DNA of 64,000 bases from Tubulanus polymorphus (taxonomy: Eukaryota; Animalia; Nemertea): positions 2,480,072-2,544,071 of the forward strand of contig NC_134034.1 of the NCBI RefSeq assembly GCF_964204645.1, given 5' to 3'. Both the position numbers and the translations under genes were made by a program. Under the pieces are notes generated by a model. It had not been told where the DNA came from, searched no databases, and saw nothing but the letters and a program-made list of their open reading frames with translations. Within the stretch, counting starts at the first letter, position 1. Each line of letters begins with the position of its first letter. This document shows, piece after piece, positions 38,146 to 50,910 of the stretch.

Positions 38146-40873
38146 ATGACACGCCTTGAGGATCTCTTCGTTTTCGTGGTTGCTGTAAGCCACGTTCGCA
38201 TCGCACGCGCTGATCGCGCAGGCTCTACCGATGAGGAATCGTCCGTGATGGTCCGTTCGTCTTGTAACAACACTTGGTACCCCGTCGATTCTACGTCCGG
38301 TTACATCGCTTCACCGAAATATCCTTCGTTAGTGCGCGGTGTTGAATGTCGTTGGTTCGTCAATAGCTCTTTACCGGGGACCTTTCACATCAGAGTTTAC
38401 CACGACATCGAGCCGTCAATATTCTGCAGTGATAACTACCTTCTCGTCGGTGAATCTGATCACATATTCTGCGGTGAAGGAGATCATGAAATCCGTCGTA
38501 ACGATTCGATCTCGTTAATGTTCAGTAGTAACGTCAATGGTGCGCGAGGTAGTCGGGTTTATATCGTTTATCGTTACGAACGAAGCCGTTTGAATTTAAG
38601 TCACAACTGTAAAAAAATATATCAGTTTAAAATCAAAAAGTTACAAGCATCGAAAGGGTACAAATTTGATATAACGCAACTTCAATGCCAGCTCTTTTTA
38701 GAATGGATCGGTCTTACGGATAATTCTGCTCTGAATCTGACATTCATAGCTGTTAGCTTTAAGTTATTACGTGCTCCTGAAATAGCTTCAGTTAAAATTC
38801 ATGACGGCTGGAACACGAGTAGTGAACCTATCGGCAATATACATGAACAAACTGGACTACCTCCGGTAACTATTTATACAAAAAGCAACAAGGCCACAAT
38901 CACAGGTTTTCCGTATCATTTCCATTTTCATGTGCGATTGCTAGTTCAAATTTACAAAATATCCGATTGGAACGTCACTAATCCGTTGATTCAGATTTCT
39001 AATAACGAATCGGGAGTGCTCATTTCCGATGACAACAGTTTACACGTAATAACTCGATCAAAACACTTACACTGCTGGTCTATCACAGTGCAGATGTTGC
39101 AGTACGTCGTCTTCAACTGGACACGTGATCTCGTTACTTCCGGTGGCGTCATCGGTGTCTATAAACTAGAAGGGTTACGCGTTGTAGGAACTGATATACT
39201 ACTCGGTTATAACTACCTCGAATCGCTAAGTGTCAAATCTGACGGCTTTCTCGTCGTACTGTGCATATTACTATCGGATCAACTTACGAGGTCTGAAATT
39301 GAAATATTCTATGGAATGGAATCGCTTTCAGCTGCGGATATCAAGTTTTTAACGTGGCGAGTAAGTACACAAATAAACAAACTGTGATATAAATATGTAC
39401 CGCCGATTAAACGCTTCAAACGAAAAAATCATAATTTCTAACGACTTTTGTTATCTTTTTCTGCAGCCTGTGGATCTTTTTCCACCTTTTCGAATGTTTC
39501 CGACGAAAAACAAACCGACGATGACGTATCGAGTGGTTAGAATAGAGTTCACATCGAAAGTCGATATTTCTGACTACGATTTTCGCATGTTGGTTTTATC
39601 TGAGAATTGCGAACGAGCCGGATTTTACATATACGACGGAGGTAATTTGACGGCTAGACGCTACGGACCGTATTGTCCTAGTTCAAATAGATACGACCGT
39701 AACGTCGTCAGTCTGATTACATCAGGTGGCGCGGTTACTATAGTAGCGTTCGCTTATAACTGGGACGGACGGTTGACGGAAAATAGCTTCCATGACAATC
39801 TAAAATTCCAACCGACGGACTGTACGGGGTACGTTCTACAGGAAGGAGAGAGTCGGATAAATATGACGTCACACTGTCTCGTCATCACACCTAAAAACCG
39901 ACGCCTGCCGTTAAAGTACATTAACATATTGTCAAAACACGAATATCAAATCGATCGATGTTTTCCTGGAAATCTGGAATCGCCATGCAGCAGATACCTA
40001 GCTTTAACTCGTCAGTTTCTCAATAACAGTCTCGTATTGAACACTGTGACTTTGCGCACTGTCAACAAGTTGTGGCAGTTTCCACTAATAATTAAACTAC
40101 GTCGTAAATGCCAACGTTTGAAGATGGCTGATGCAAATAATATCGGAACGATGTTTCGGGATAAATATGAATGTGGAATCATACAGTCACCGAACTACCC
40201 GGGATCTGCGGGCTTTTTTACACAATCGCGTATCTATCACTTTCGTACCACAACACTTGGATTTCGCGTCGAATACAAATATTACAGATTCGTTATCAAG
40301 TACATGGAAAATACGCCGTGCTCAAAGGCATCTCCACTAGACAAAGATCCGATCATTTTTACTCAAATGGTGAATAGTAGACAACTTAACCAGGCGATCT
40401 GTAGAAACAAATATCCATTACCTGGTAGCATATTTCACAGTTTGAGCTATAATGCTGTCTCCTTCGTGGTAAACGCTAAGGTCCCAACATTTCAAATACA
40501 ATTCACTTTAGAAGAAGAACCACAGATCGACGCGAAAGCCTGTAGTCCGGGATTCTTGGACTCCGGTTATTTTTCTTGCGTGAAATACATCAAACACGAA
40601 CGTCTGAATTGGGAGAATGCTGAATTGTACTGTAGACAGAAGTACGCGGGACATCTTCTCAGCATCAACTCAGAACAGGAGATGATCGCCATCAAAAGAT
40701 TATTCGCTACGAAACTTCTACGACAGGCGTATTCGCAGGAAGCGCTCATAATAATGATCGGATTAAAACTGCAGGTAAATTTTATCTTCGAAGCTTGTAA
40801 CGAAAATGTGCTGATAAAATTTCTAATGCCTGGTCTTTCTAAGTTCTTTTTCAATTCGAAATGTCTTAGTTGA
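38146..40873 (+). CDS. Truncated copy 1 of the GRL101-like gene: exon 1 (38146-39360) and exon 2 (39467-40774, read-through stop at 40873); CUB region plus half a C-type lectin, no TM
   Basis: Same translation as exons 1-2 of the complete copy; lacks the adjacent exon 3. Confidence 0.7.
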
Positions 40874-41448
40874 GCATTAACTGTAGTCTACAATCCTATT
40901 TCACAAATCCTTCGAATGCATCGAGACAAAAATTCTAGACTAAAACTTAAAACTAGCAACAACGAGTCATATATAACAATGCTCAGGAAGAAAAATTCAA
41001 TACACATTTTACGCACTAAAATATATTAAATATATATGAATATATTTCAAAGCTAAAGTTTCTATAGTGATGTCTATAACATCCCGCATCACAAAAAGCC
41101 AATTTGCGTTTGGGTGAATAAAACTAAATTAACTTAGCGAGCAAAGCGCGTTTGCGACGTTCACGAATGCCTCCGGTATCACGGGCAAAGTCGTTTGAAG
41201 AAAAGTTCACGGCAAGTTTAGAAACTTCGATACGTCGCTGCTATTTCCGTGCGGATGACAATGCTCGGCAATTACGAGTAACAATAAAAGCTTTTTCGAC
41301 AAAAGACATTCTATGCAGCTACAGAATAACGATAAATTAAATTAGCAAGTCGCGACTAGGATCAGGCTAAAAGACAAATAGGAAGGAAACACGTATTTCT
41401 ATAGAATAGTCGCAGTTGACGTTTGTTGTTTGATGCGAGTTGTTCGAC

Positions 41449-44176
41449 ATGACACGCCTTGAGGATCTCTTCGTTTTCGTGGTTGCTGTAAGCCACGTTC
41501 GCATCGCACGCGCTGATCGCGCAGGCTCTACCGATGAGGAATCGTCCGTGATGGTCCGTTCGTCTTGTAACAACACTTGGTACCCCGTCGATTCTACGTC
41601 CGGTTACATCGCTTCACCGAAATATCCTTCGTTAGTGCGCGGTGTTGAATGTCGTTGGTTCGTCAATAGCTCTTTACCGGGGACCTTTCACATCAGAGTT
41701 TACCACGACATCGAGCCGTCAATATTCTGCAGTGATAACTACCTTCTCGTCGGTGAATCTGATCACATATTCTGCGGTGAAGGAGATCATGAAATCCGTC
41801 GTAACGATTCGATCTCGTTAATGTTCAGTAGTAACGTCAATGGTGCGCGAGGTAGTCGGGTTTATATCGTTTATCGTTACGAACGAAGCCGTTTGAATTT
41901 AAGTCACAACTGTAAAAAAATATATCAGTTTAAAATCAAAAAGTTACAAGCATCGAAAGGGTACAAATTTGATATAACGCAACTTCAATGCCAGCTCTTT
42001 TTAGAATGGATCGGTCTTACGGATAATTCTGCTCTGAATCTGACATTCATAGCTGTTAGCTTTAAGTTATTACGTGCTCCTGAAATAGCTTCAGTTAAAA
42101 TTCATGACGGCTGGAACACGAGTAGTGAACCTATCGGCAATATACATGAACAAACTGGACTACCTCCGGTAACTATTTATACAAAAAGCAACAAGGCCAC
42201 AATCACAGGTTTTCCGTATCATTTCCATTTTCATGTGCGATTGCTAGTTCAAATTTACAAAATATCCGATTGGAACGTCACTAATCCGTTGATTCAGATT
42301 TCTAATAACGAATCGGGAGTGCTCATTTCCGATGACAACAGTTTACACGTAATAACTCGATCAAAACACTTACACTGCTGGTCTATCACAGTGCAGATGT
42401 TGCAGTACGTCGTCTTCAACTGGACACGTGATCTCGTTACTTCCGGTGGCGTCATCGGTGTCTATAAACTAGAAGGGTTACGCGTTGTAGGAACTGATAT
42501 ACTACTCGGTTATAACTACCTCGAATCGCTAAGTGTCAAATCTGACGGCTTTCTCGTCGTACTGTGCATATTACTATCGGATCAACTTACGAGGTCTGAA
42601 ATTGAAATATTCTATGGAATGGAATCGCTTTCAGCTGCGGATATCAAGTTTTTAACGTGGCGAGTAAGTACACAAATAAACAAACTGTGATATAAATATG
42701 TACCGCCGATTAAACGCTTCAAACGAAAAAATCATAATTTCTAACGACTTTTGTTATCTTTTTCTGCAGCCTGTGGATCTTTTTCCACCTTTTCGAATGT
42801 TTCCGACGAAAAACAAACCGACGATGACGTATCGAGTGGTTAGAATAGAGTTCACATCGAAAGTCGATATTTCTGACTACGATTTTCGCATGTTGGTTTT
42901 ATCTGAGAATTGCGAACGAGCCGGATTTTACATATACGACGGAGGTAATTTGACGGCTAGACGCTACGGACCGTATTGTCCTAGTTCAAATAGATACGAC
43001 CGTAACGTCGTCAGTCTGATTACATCAGGTGGCGCGGTTACTATAGTAGCGTTCGCTTATAACTGGGACGGACGGTTGACGGAAAATAGCTTCCATGACA
43101 ATCTAAAATTCCAACCGACGGACTGTACGGGGTACGTTCTACAGGAAGGAGAGAGTCGGATAAATATGACGTCACACTGTCTCGTCATCACACCTAAAAA
43201 CCGACGCCTGCCGTTAAAGTACATTAACATATTGTCAAAACACGAATATCAAATCGATCGATGTTTTCCTGGAAATCTGGAATCGCCATGCAGCAGATAC
43301 CTAGCTTTAACTCGTCAGTTTCTCAATAACAGTCTCGTATTGAACACTGTGACTTTGCGCACTGTCAACAAGTTGTGGCAGTTTCCACTAATAATTAAAC
43401 TACGTCGTAAATGCCAACGTTTGAAGATGGCTGATGCAAATAATATCGGAACGATGTTTCGGGATAAATATGAATGTGGAATCATACAGTCACCGAACTA
43501 CCCGGGATCTGCGGGCTTTTTTACACAATCGCGTATCTATCACTTTCGTACCACAACACTTGGATTTCGCGTCGAATACAAATATTACAGATTCGTTATC
43601 AAGTACATGGAAAATACGCCGTGCTCAAAGGCATCTCCACTAGACAAAGATCCGATCATTTTTACTCAAATGGTGAATAGTAGACAACTTAACCAGGCGA
43701 TCTGTAGAAACAAATATCCATTACCTGGTAGCATATTTCACAGTTTGAGCTATAATGCTGTCTCCTTCGTGGTAAACGCTAAGGTCCCAACATTTCAAAT
43801 ACAATTCACTTTAGAAGAAGAACCACAGATCGACGCGAAAGCCTGTAGTCCGGGATTCTTGGACTCCGGTTATTTTTCTTGCGTGAAATACATCAAACAC
43901 GAACGTCTGAATTGGGAGAATGCTGAATTGTACTGTAGACAGAAGTACGCGGGACATCTTCTCAGCATCAACTCAGAACAGGAGATGATCGCCATCAAAA
44001 GATTATTCGCTACGAAACTTCTACGACAGGCGTATTCGCAGGAAGCGCTCATAATAATGATCGGATTAAAACTGCAGGTAAATTTTATCTTCGAAGCTTG
44101 TAACGAAAATGTGCTGATAAAATTTCTAATGCCTGGTCTTTCTAAGTTCTTTTTCAATTCGAAATGTCTTAGTTGA
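41449..44176 (+). CDS. Truncated copy 2 of the GRL101-like gene: exon 1 (41449-42663) and exon 2 (42770-44077, read-through stop at 44176)
   Basis: As copy 1, offset by 3303 bp. Confidence 0.7.
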
Positions 44177-44751
44177 GCATTAACTGTAGTCTACAATCCT
44201 ATTTCACAAATCCTTCGAATGCATCGAGACAAAAATTCTAGACTAAAACTTAAAACTAGCAACAACGAGTCATATATAACAATGCTCAGGAAGAAAAATT
44301 CAATACACATTTTACGCACTAAAATATATTAAATATATATGAATATATTTCAAAGCTAAAGTTTCTATAGTGATGTCTATAACATCCCGCATCACAAAAA
44401 GCCAATTTGCGTTTGGGTGAATAAAACTAAATTAACTTAGCGAGCAAAGCGCGTTTGCGACGTTCACGAATGCCTCCGGTATCACGGGCAAAGTCGTTTG
44501 AAGAAAAGTTCACGGCAAGTTTAGAAACTTCGATACGTCGCTGCTATTTCCGTGCGGATGACAATGCTCGGCAATTACGAGTAACAATAAAAGCTTTTTC
44601 GACAAAAGACATTCTATGCAGCTACAGAATAACGATAAATTAAATTAGCAAGTCGCGACTAGGATCAGGCTAAAAGACAAATAGGAAGGAAACACGTATT
44701 TCTATAGAATAGTCGCAGTTGACGTTTGTTGTTTGATGCGAGTTGTTCGAC

Positions 44752-47700
44752 ATGACACGCCTTGAGGATCTCTTCGTTTTCGTGGTTGCTGTAAGCCACG
44801 TTCGCATCGCACGCGCTGATCGCGCAGGCTCTACCGATGAGGAATCGTCCGTGATGGTCCGTTCGTCTTGTAACAACACTTGGTACCCCGTCGATTCTAC
44901 GTCCGGTTACATCGCTTCACCGAAATATCCTTCGTTAGTGCGCGGTGTTGAATGTCGTTGGTTCGTCAATAGCTCTTTACCGGGGACCTTTCACATCAGA
45001 GTTTACCACGACATCGAGCCGTCAATATTCTGCAGTGATAACTACCTTCTCGTCGGTGAATCTGATCACATATTCTGCGGTGAAGGAGATCATGAAATCC
45101 GTCGTAACGATTCGATCTCGTTAATGTTCAGTAGTAACGTCAATGGTGCGCGAGGTAGTCGGGTTTATATCGTTTATCGTTACGAACGAAGCCGTTTGAA
45201 TTTAAGTCACAACTGTAAAAAAATATATCAGTTTAAAATCAAAAAGTTACAAGCATCGAAAGGGTACAAATTTGATATAACGCAACTTCAATGCCAGCTC
45301 TTTTTAGAATGGATCGGTCTTACGGATAATTCTGCTCTGAATCTGACATTCATAGCTGTTAGCTTTAAGTTATTACGTGCTCCTGAAATAGCTTCAGTTA
45401 AAATTCATGACGGCTGGAACACGAGTAGTGAACCTATCGGCAATATACATGAACAAACTGGACTACCTCCGGTAACTATTTATACAAAAAGCAACAAGGC
45501 CACAATCACAGGTTTTCCGTATCATTTCCATTTTCATGTGCGATTGCTAGTTCAAATTTACAAAATATCCGATTGGAACGTCACTAATCCGTTGATTCAG
45601 ATTTCTAATAACGAATCGGGAGTGCTCATTTCCGATGACAACAGTTTACACGTAATAACTCGATCAAAACACTTACACTGCTGGTCTATCACAGTGCAGA
45701 TGTTGCAGTACGTCGTCTTCAACTGGACACGTGATCTCGTTACTTCCGGTGGCGTCATCGGTGTCTATAAACTAGAAGGGTTACGCGTTGTAGGAACTGA
45801 TATACTACTCGGTTATAACTACCTCGAATCGCTAAGTGTCAAATCTGACGGCTTTCTCGTCGTACTGTGCATATTACTATCGGATCAACTTACGAGGTCT
45901 GAAATTGAAATATTCTATGGAATGGAATCGCTTTCAGCTGCGGATATCAAGTTTTTAACGTGGCGAGTAAGTACACAAATAAACAAACTGTGATATAAAT
46001 ATGTACCGCCGATTAAACGCTTCAAACGAAAAAATCATAATTTCTAACGACTTTTGTTATCTTTTTCTGCAGCCTGTGGATCTTTTTCCACCTTTTCGAA
46101 TGTTTCCGACGAAAAACAAACCGACGATGACGTATCGAGTGGTTAGAATAGAGTTCACATCGAAAGTCGATATTTCTGACTACGATTTTCGCATGTTGGT
46201 TTTATCTGAGAATTGCGAACGAGCCGGATTTTACATATACGACGGAGGTAATTTGACGGCTAGACGCTACGGACCGTATTGTCCTAGTTCAAATAGATAC
46301 GACCGTAACGTCGTCAGTCTGATTACATCAGGTGGCGCGGTTACTATAGTAGCGTTCGCTTATAACTGGGACGGACGGTTGACGGAAAATAGCTTCCATG
46401 ACAATCTAAAATTCCAACCGACGGACTGTACGGGGTACGTTCTACAGGAAGGAGAGAGTCGGATAAATATGACGTCACACTGTCTCGTCATCACACCTAA
46501 AAACCGACGCCTGCCGTTAAAGTACATTAACATATTGTCAAAACACGAATATCAAATCGATCGATGTTTTCCTGGAAATCTGGAATCGCCATGCAGCAGA
46601 TACCTAGCTTTAACTCGTCAGTTTCTCAATAACAGTCTCGTATTGAACACTGTGACTTTGCGCACTGTCAACAAGTTGTGGCAGTTTCCACTAATAATTA
46701 AACTACGTCGTAAATGCCAACGTTTGAAGATGGCTGATGCAAATAATATCGGAACGATGTTTCGGGATAAATATGAATGTGGAATCATACAGTCACCGAA
46801 CTACCCGGGATCTGCGGGCTTTTTTACACAATCGCGTATCTATCACTTTCGTACCACAACACTTGGATTTCGCGTCGAATACAAATATTACAGATTCGTT
46901 ATCAAGTACATGGAAAATACGCCGTGCTCAAAGGCATCTCCACTAGACAAAGATCCGATCATTTTTACTCAAATGGTGAATAGTAGACAACTTAACCAGG
47001 CGATCTGTAGAAACAAATATCCATTACCTGGTAGCATATTTCACAGTTTGAGCTATAATGCTGTCTCCTTCGTGGTAAACGCTAAGGTCCCAACATTTCA
47101 AATACAATTCACTTTAGAAGAAGAACCACAGATCGACGCGAAAGCCTGTAGTCCGGGATTCTTGGACTCCGGTTATTTTTCTTGCGTGAAATACATCAAA
47201 CACGAACGTCTGAATTGGGAGAATGCTGAATTGTACTGTAGACAGAAGTACGCGGGACATCTTCTCAGCATCAACTCAGAACAGGAGATGATCGCCATCA
47301 AAAGATTATTCGCTACGAAACTTCTACGACAGGCGTATTCGCAGGAAGCGCTCATAATAATGATCGGATTAAAACTGCAGGTAAATTTTATCTTCGAAGC
47401 TTCTTTAATTTGAAGCTGAAGTAAATGACATTAAGTAATGGAATGTAAACCCACGATATTTGACGAATTTAGAAACGATAAATGAAAATTGGAAAAATGA
47501 GCACGGTTCAACCTGCTAATTGCAACTTTTGTGCAATGCCGTACATATAAAAGTATGCATGCAAAATTTTGCTGATATTTTTATCCAGCCATTCGTTTAT
47601 CGCCATGTACGCCTTCCACCATGGATGCATCCGTATCGAAGATCCCTTATTGCTTTTTCATTCTTTATTACAGCCAGATACCGCTGGTCACTACACATGG

Positions 47701-50700
47701 ACTGATGGCAAACCATTGAGCTACACGGAGTGGTACAGACCTACAAATAACGAAACAATACCCGAAGTTATTCAGGGATTGATATCTCCTCTACGAAAAC
47801 AGCCGAATAATGACGTCAATATGCCGTGTACGGCGATGATACTGAATAATCCTCGGGGATCGGCGAACTGGGTTCGATTCCCGTGTTTAATCGAAGAGGT
47901 GCACACGACGTTTGTTTGCGAATCGGATCGCTTTGATGATAAGCAGGATGAAAATCTAACAACGATCGCAAATGATATAGAAACCAATATAATGCGAGAC
48001 GCCATTACGTTCAACTCAACTTGTACTCGAGGCTGGTTAGGTTTAGCTGGACGATGTTATCAAATACTGACTGACTGGAACAAACTCGGTGGTTTAGACG
48101 TAAAAACTGCGACAAAAATGTGTGAGAACATCCGTGGTGAAATAGCTGCGATCACATCTTTTACGGAAAGTGAAATAGAGAATTTGATCACTACGTTCAA
48201 CTATCAACACCAATATGGCGCAGTGCTAGTAAGGGATCGGATGAACGGATTTAGAGCGATACAGCCTTCATTAACCAGGGATGAAATCACATATATTCAT
48301 ACATTAGTTTGGTCCGTTCCAATCATTGATAACACGACAGAAATCGGTGATGTGCATTCTGTGTTGTGTTCGCGCAATGAAACTGGTGAAGAGTTATCTT
48401 CTTTAAGCGGTTGTAAATCGTGGCAGTTTAAATGTAACGATGGACGATGTATCAGCGACCATCGCGTATGTGATACCAGAAACGACTGTCAACACGGTGA
48501 AGATGAACTTAATTGTACGGATATCAATTTGAGCAGTCAGTTCCGTTGCATGGATGGACGAGTTATATCAACGAGTGGTTTATGTGACTTCATACCGGAT
48601 TGTCCTGATGGTTCTGATGAGAACTCGTGTTTTCATCCACCGTGTTTGCCCGATCAATATCGATGTAAAAATGGTCAATGTATACATAGTCCTTACAGAT
48701 GTGACGGTGTCGGGGACTGTTATGACCGCTCGGATGAAATGGGATGCACCGCTCATCCGTGTCAGGGGTTTCTGTGTAACAGTGGAGACTGTATCAGTTC
48801 TCAACTGTATCAGGACGGTGTCGTGGATTGCAGTGGAAGCCTTGAAGAAGACGAATTAGTAACATCAACTAATATAACAGTGGATCCTACGATTCAGTGC
48901 AATAATGATAATCACTGTACGACAAATTTTACAAACCTCTGTGCGGAATTTGATGAACAAAGATGTTCATTCAATTCCCCGCATTGCTATTCTAGACGTC
49001 ACAGATGTGTTTTGGAAAGGATGTCATTTGGCCACCCAGTTTGTAGAAATCTTGAGCACGTTTCGAGATGTCAAGAATTTCAATGTCCAGCTGGCACTGT
49101 TAAATGTCCCTCGTCGTACTGTATACCAATCAGACAGGTGTGCGATGGTCAGCCGGACTGTCCCAATGCAGACGATGAGAAAAACTGCATGGCATTTTCA
49201 TGTCCAGGAATGTTTAAATGTGGCGACGAAAATCGATGTATTCCACAATTAGAAGTGTGTGATGGTGTTGTGCATTGTAAAAATACCACTGACGACGAGG
49301 CTTTCTGTAATGTCACTTGTCCTAACCGTTGCAAATGTCAAGGTCATTCTGTTGATTGTAGAAATGTTGGTCTCACTGATATAACTGACCTCATCGCAGC
49401 ATCAACTCGGATTCTAATCTTGTCGAATAACAGAATTCTTTTCAATGTGTCGACGTTTTCTTCCTTCGTTTACCTTCGCGTGCTCAACATATCCTTCAAT
49501 GAATTGTCGTATGCTTTGCCGAACTCATTCTCCAACCTACATAATCTACATACCTTAGACCTTAGATATAATTTCATAACATCTTTACTTGCAAATGCAT
49601 TTATCGGCTTGTATCGTTTGAAGAAACTGTTTCTAACTGGTAATCCAATTCGATATCTAGAAGAAGGAAGCTTTCATGGTCTAATTTCGCTTCAAATTGT
49701 CGATCTTTTCGGACTGCAGGTGTCAGAACTAGGTGCTAATGTGTTTAAAGGTCTATCCTCAATAACTTCATTGAATATCAGCAGCAATCGAATCAAATAT
49801 ATATCGAAATATGCTTTCTCTGGGTTAAGTGAACTCTTGCATCTCGATTTAGCCAATAATTCAAATTACATTTCCACGGAAAGTCGGATTTTCGACAATC
49901 TGACATCATTAGTCTCCCTAACGTCTGATGCTTACAAATTTTGCTGCATGGCTCCGAATGTTGACCAGTGCCTTCCCGAAGCTGATCAATTTTCCTCCTG
50001 TTCTGACCTGATGAGTAACACAGTCCTCAGAGCGATCATCTGGGTCATCGCTGCATTCAGTTTCTTCGCGAACAGTATTGTCATTCTACTTCGAATTCAA
50101 GTATCATCAGCAGAAACGCGAAACAGATCGTCTGACATCCTCATCATGAATCTCGCTGCTTGTGATTTCATGATGTCCATTTATCTATTCTTGATTGCAG
50201 GAGCCGATTATGTTTACAAAGGAGTTTATTACCTGAATTCTGAAATTTGGACGGAAAGTTCGTTGTGTCGTTTTGCCGGAATTTTTGTTACCATCTCATG
50301 TGAAGGCTCTTTGACATTTCTGCTCGTCCTAACACGTCATCGATACTCGAACATTGTCAATCCATTCTCTGATAGCGCGTTCACAACTCCAAAGCATGTC
50401 ACCAGTTTTTGCTGTATTTGCTGGCTCATTCTGAGTATAATCTCTTTGCTACCGCTGTCACAATCGCCGTACTTCGGTACAAAGTTCTATGGCACTACCG
50501 GAGTTTGTTTACCTATGAACTTGCTGACCACTGACGTCAAAGCCTGGCAGTACTCATTGGCCATTTTCGCCGCGTCAAACTCGGTCATACTTGCTACGAT
50601 AATGGCGACATATGCGCAGATGTACAGACTCGTATCTGGAAGCAGGTCCGGCTCGGGTAGAATTGACCCTACTGAACTAGTTTTGGCACGCAGGAGTTTG

Positions 50701-50910
50701 GTGATTAATTTGTGTAATCTATTTTGCTGGCTGCCGATAATCACTGTTCAGTTTTGCGCGGTGTTTCGGGTAAAAATACCGAATCAGGTGGCGGCTTGGC
50801 TGGCGGTTCTTTTCTTACCGATCAACTCGTCTCTCAATCCCATTCTTTACACCATCCTGACTATCGATTTGAAATCCATACAAGCAAAATACAAACGACG
50901 TCGTCACTAA
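44752..50910 (+). CDS. GRL101-like (LGR type C2) GPCR, ~1919 aa: signal, CUB-like domains, 2 C-type lectin domains, ~7 LDLa, LRRNT, LRRs, hinge, 7TM
   Basis: Exons 44752-45966, 46073-47380, 47674-50910 joined by phase-0 GT-AG introns. CUB: SGYIASPKYP, IYDGGN..YGPYC, CGIIQSPNYPG. CTL: LNWENAELYC...IGL|...YTWTDGKPLSYTEW. LDLa: CDxxxDCxDGSDE. LRR: LxxLDLRYNxI. LGR hinge: YKFCC..C.PEADQFSSCSDLM. TM7: LPINSSLNPILY. Confidence 0.92.

Larger units (their letters stand above)
37499..47402 (+). repeat. Tandem triplication, 3298-bp unit plus 5-nt junction filler (3303-bp period)
   Basis: All ORFs recur at +3303 and +6606 with the same translation, except the read-through tail of copy 3. Units 37499-40796, 40802-44099, 44105-47402, joined by GTAAC. 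Confidence 0.95.

Noticed and set aside
47569-47673. ORF-track N-terminus MLIFLSSH... as the start of a separate 1113-aa gene
   Set aside because: Intronic open frame. The acceptor at 47673 joins it to exon 2 and completes the split lectin domain.
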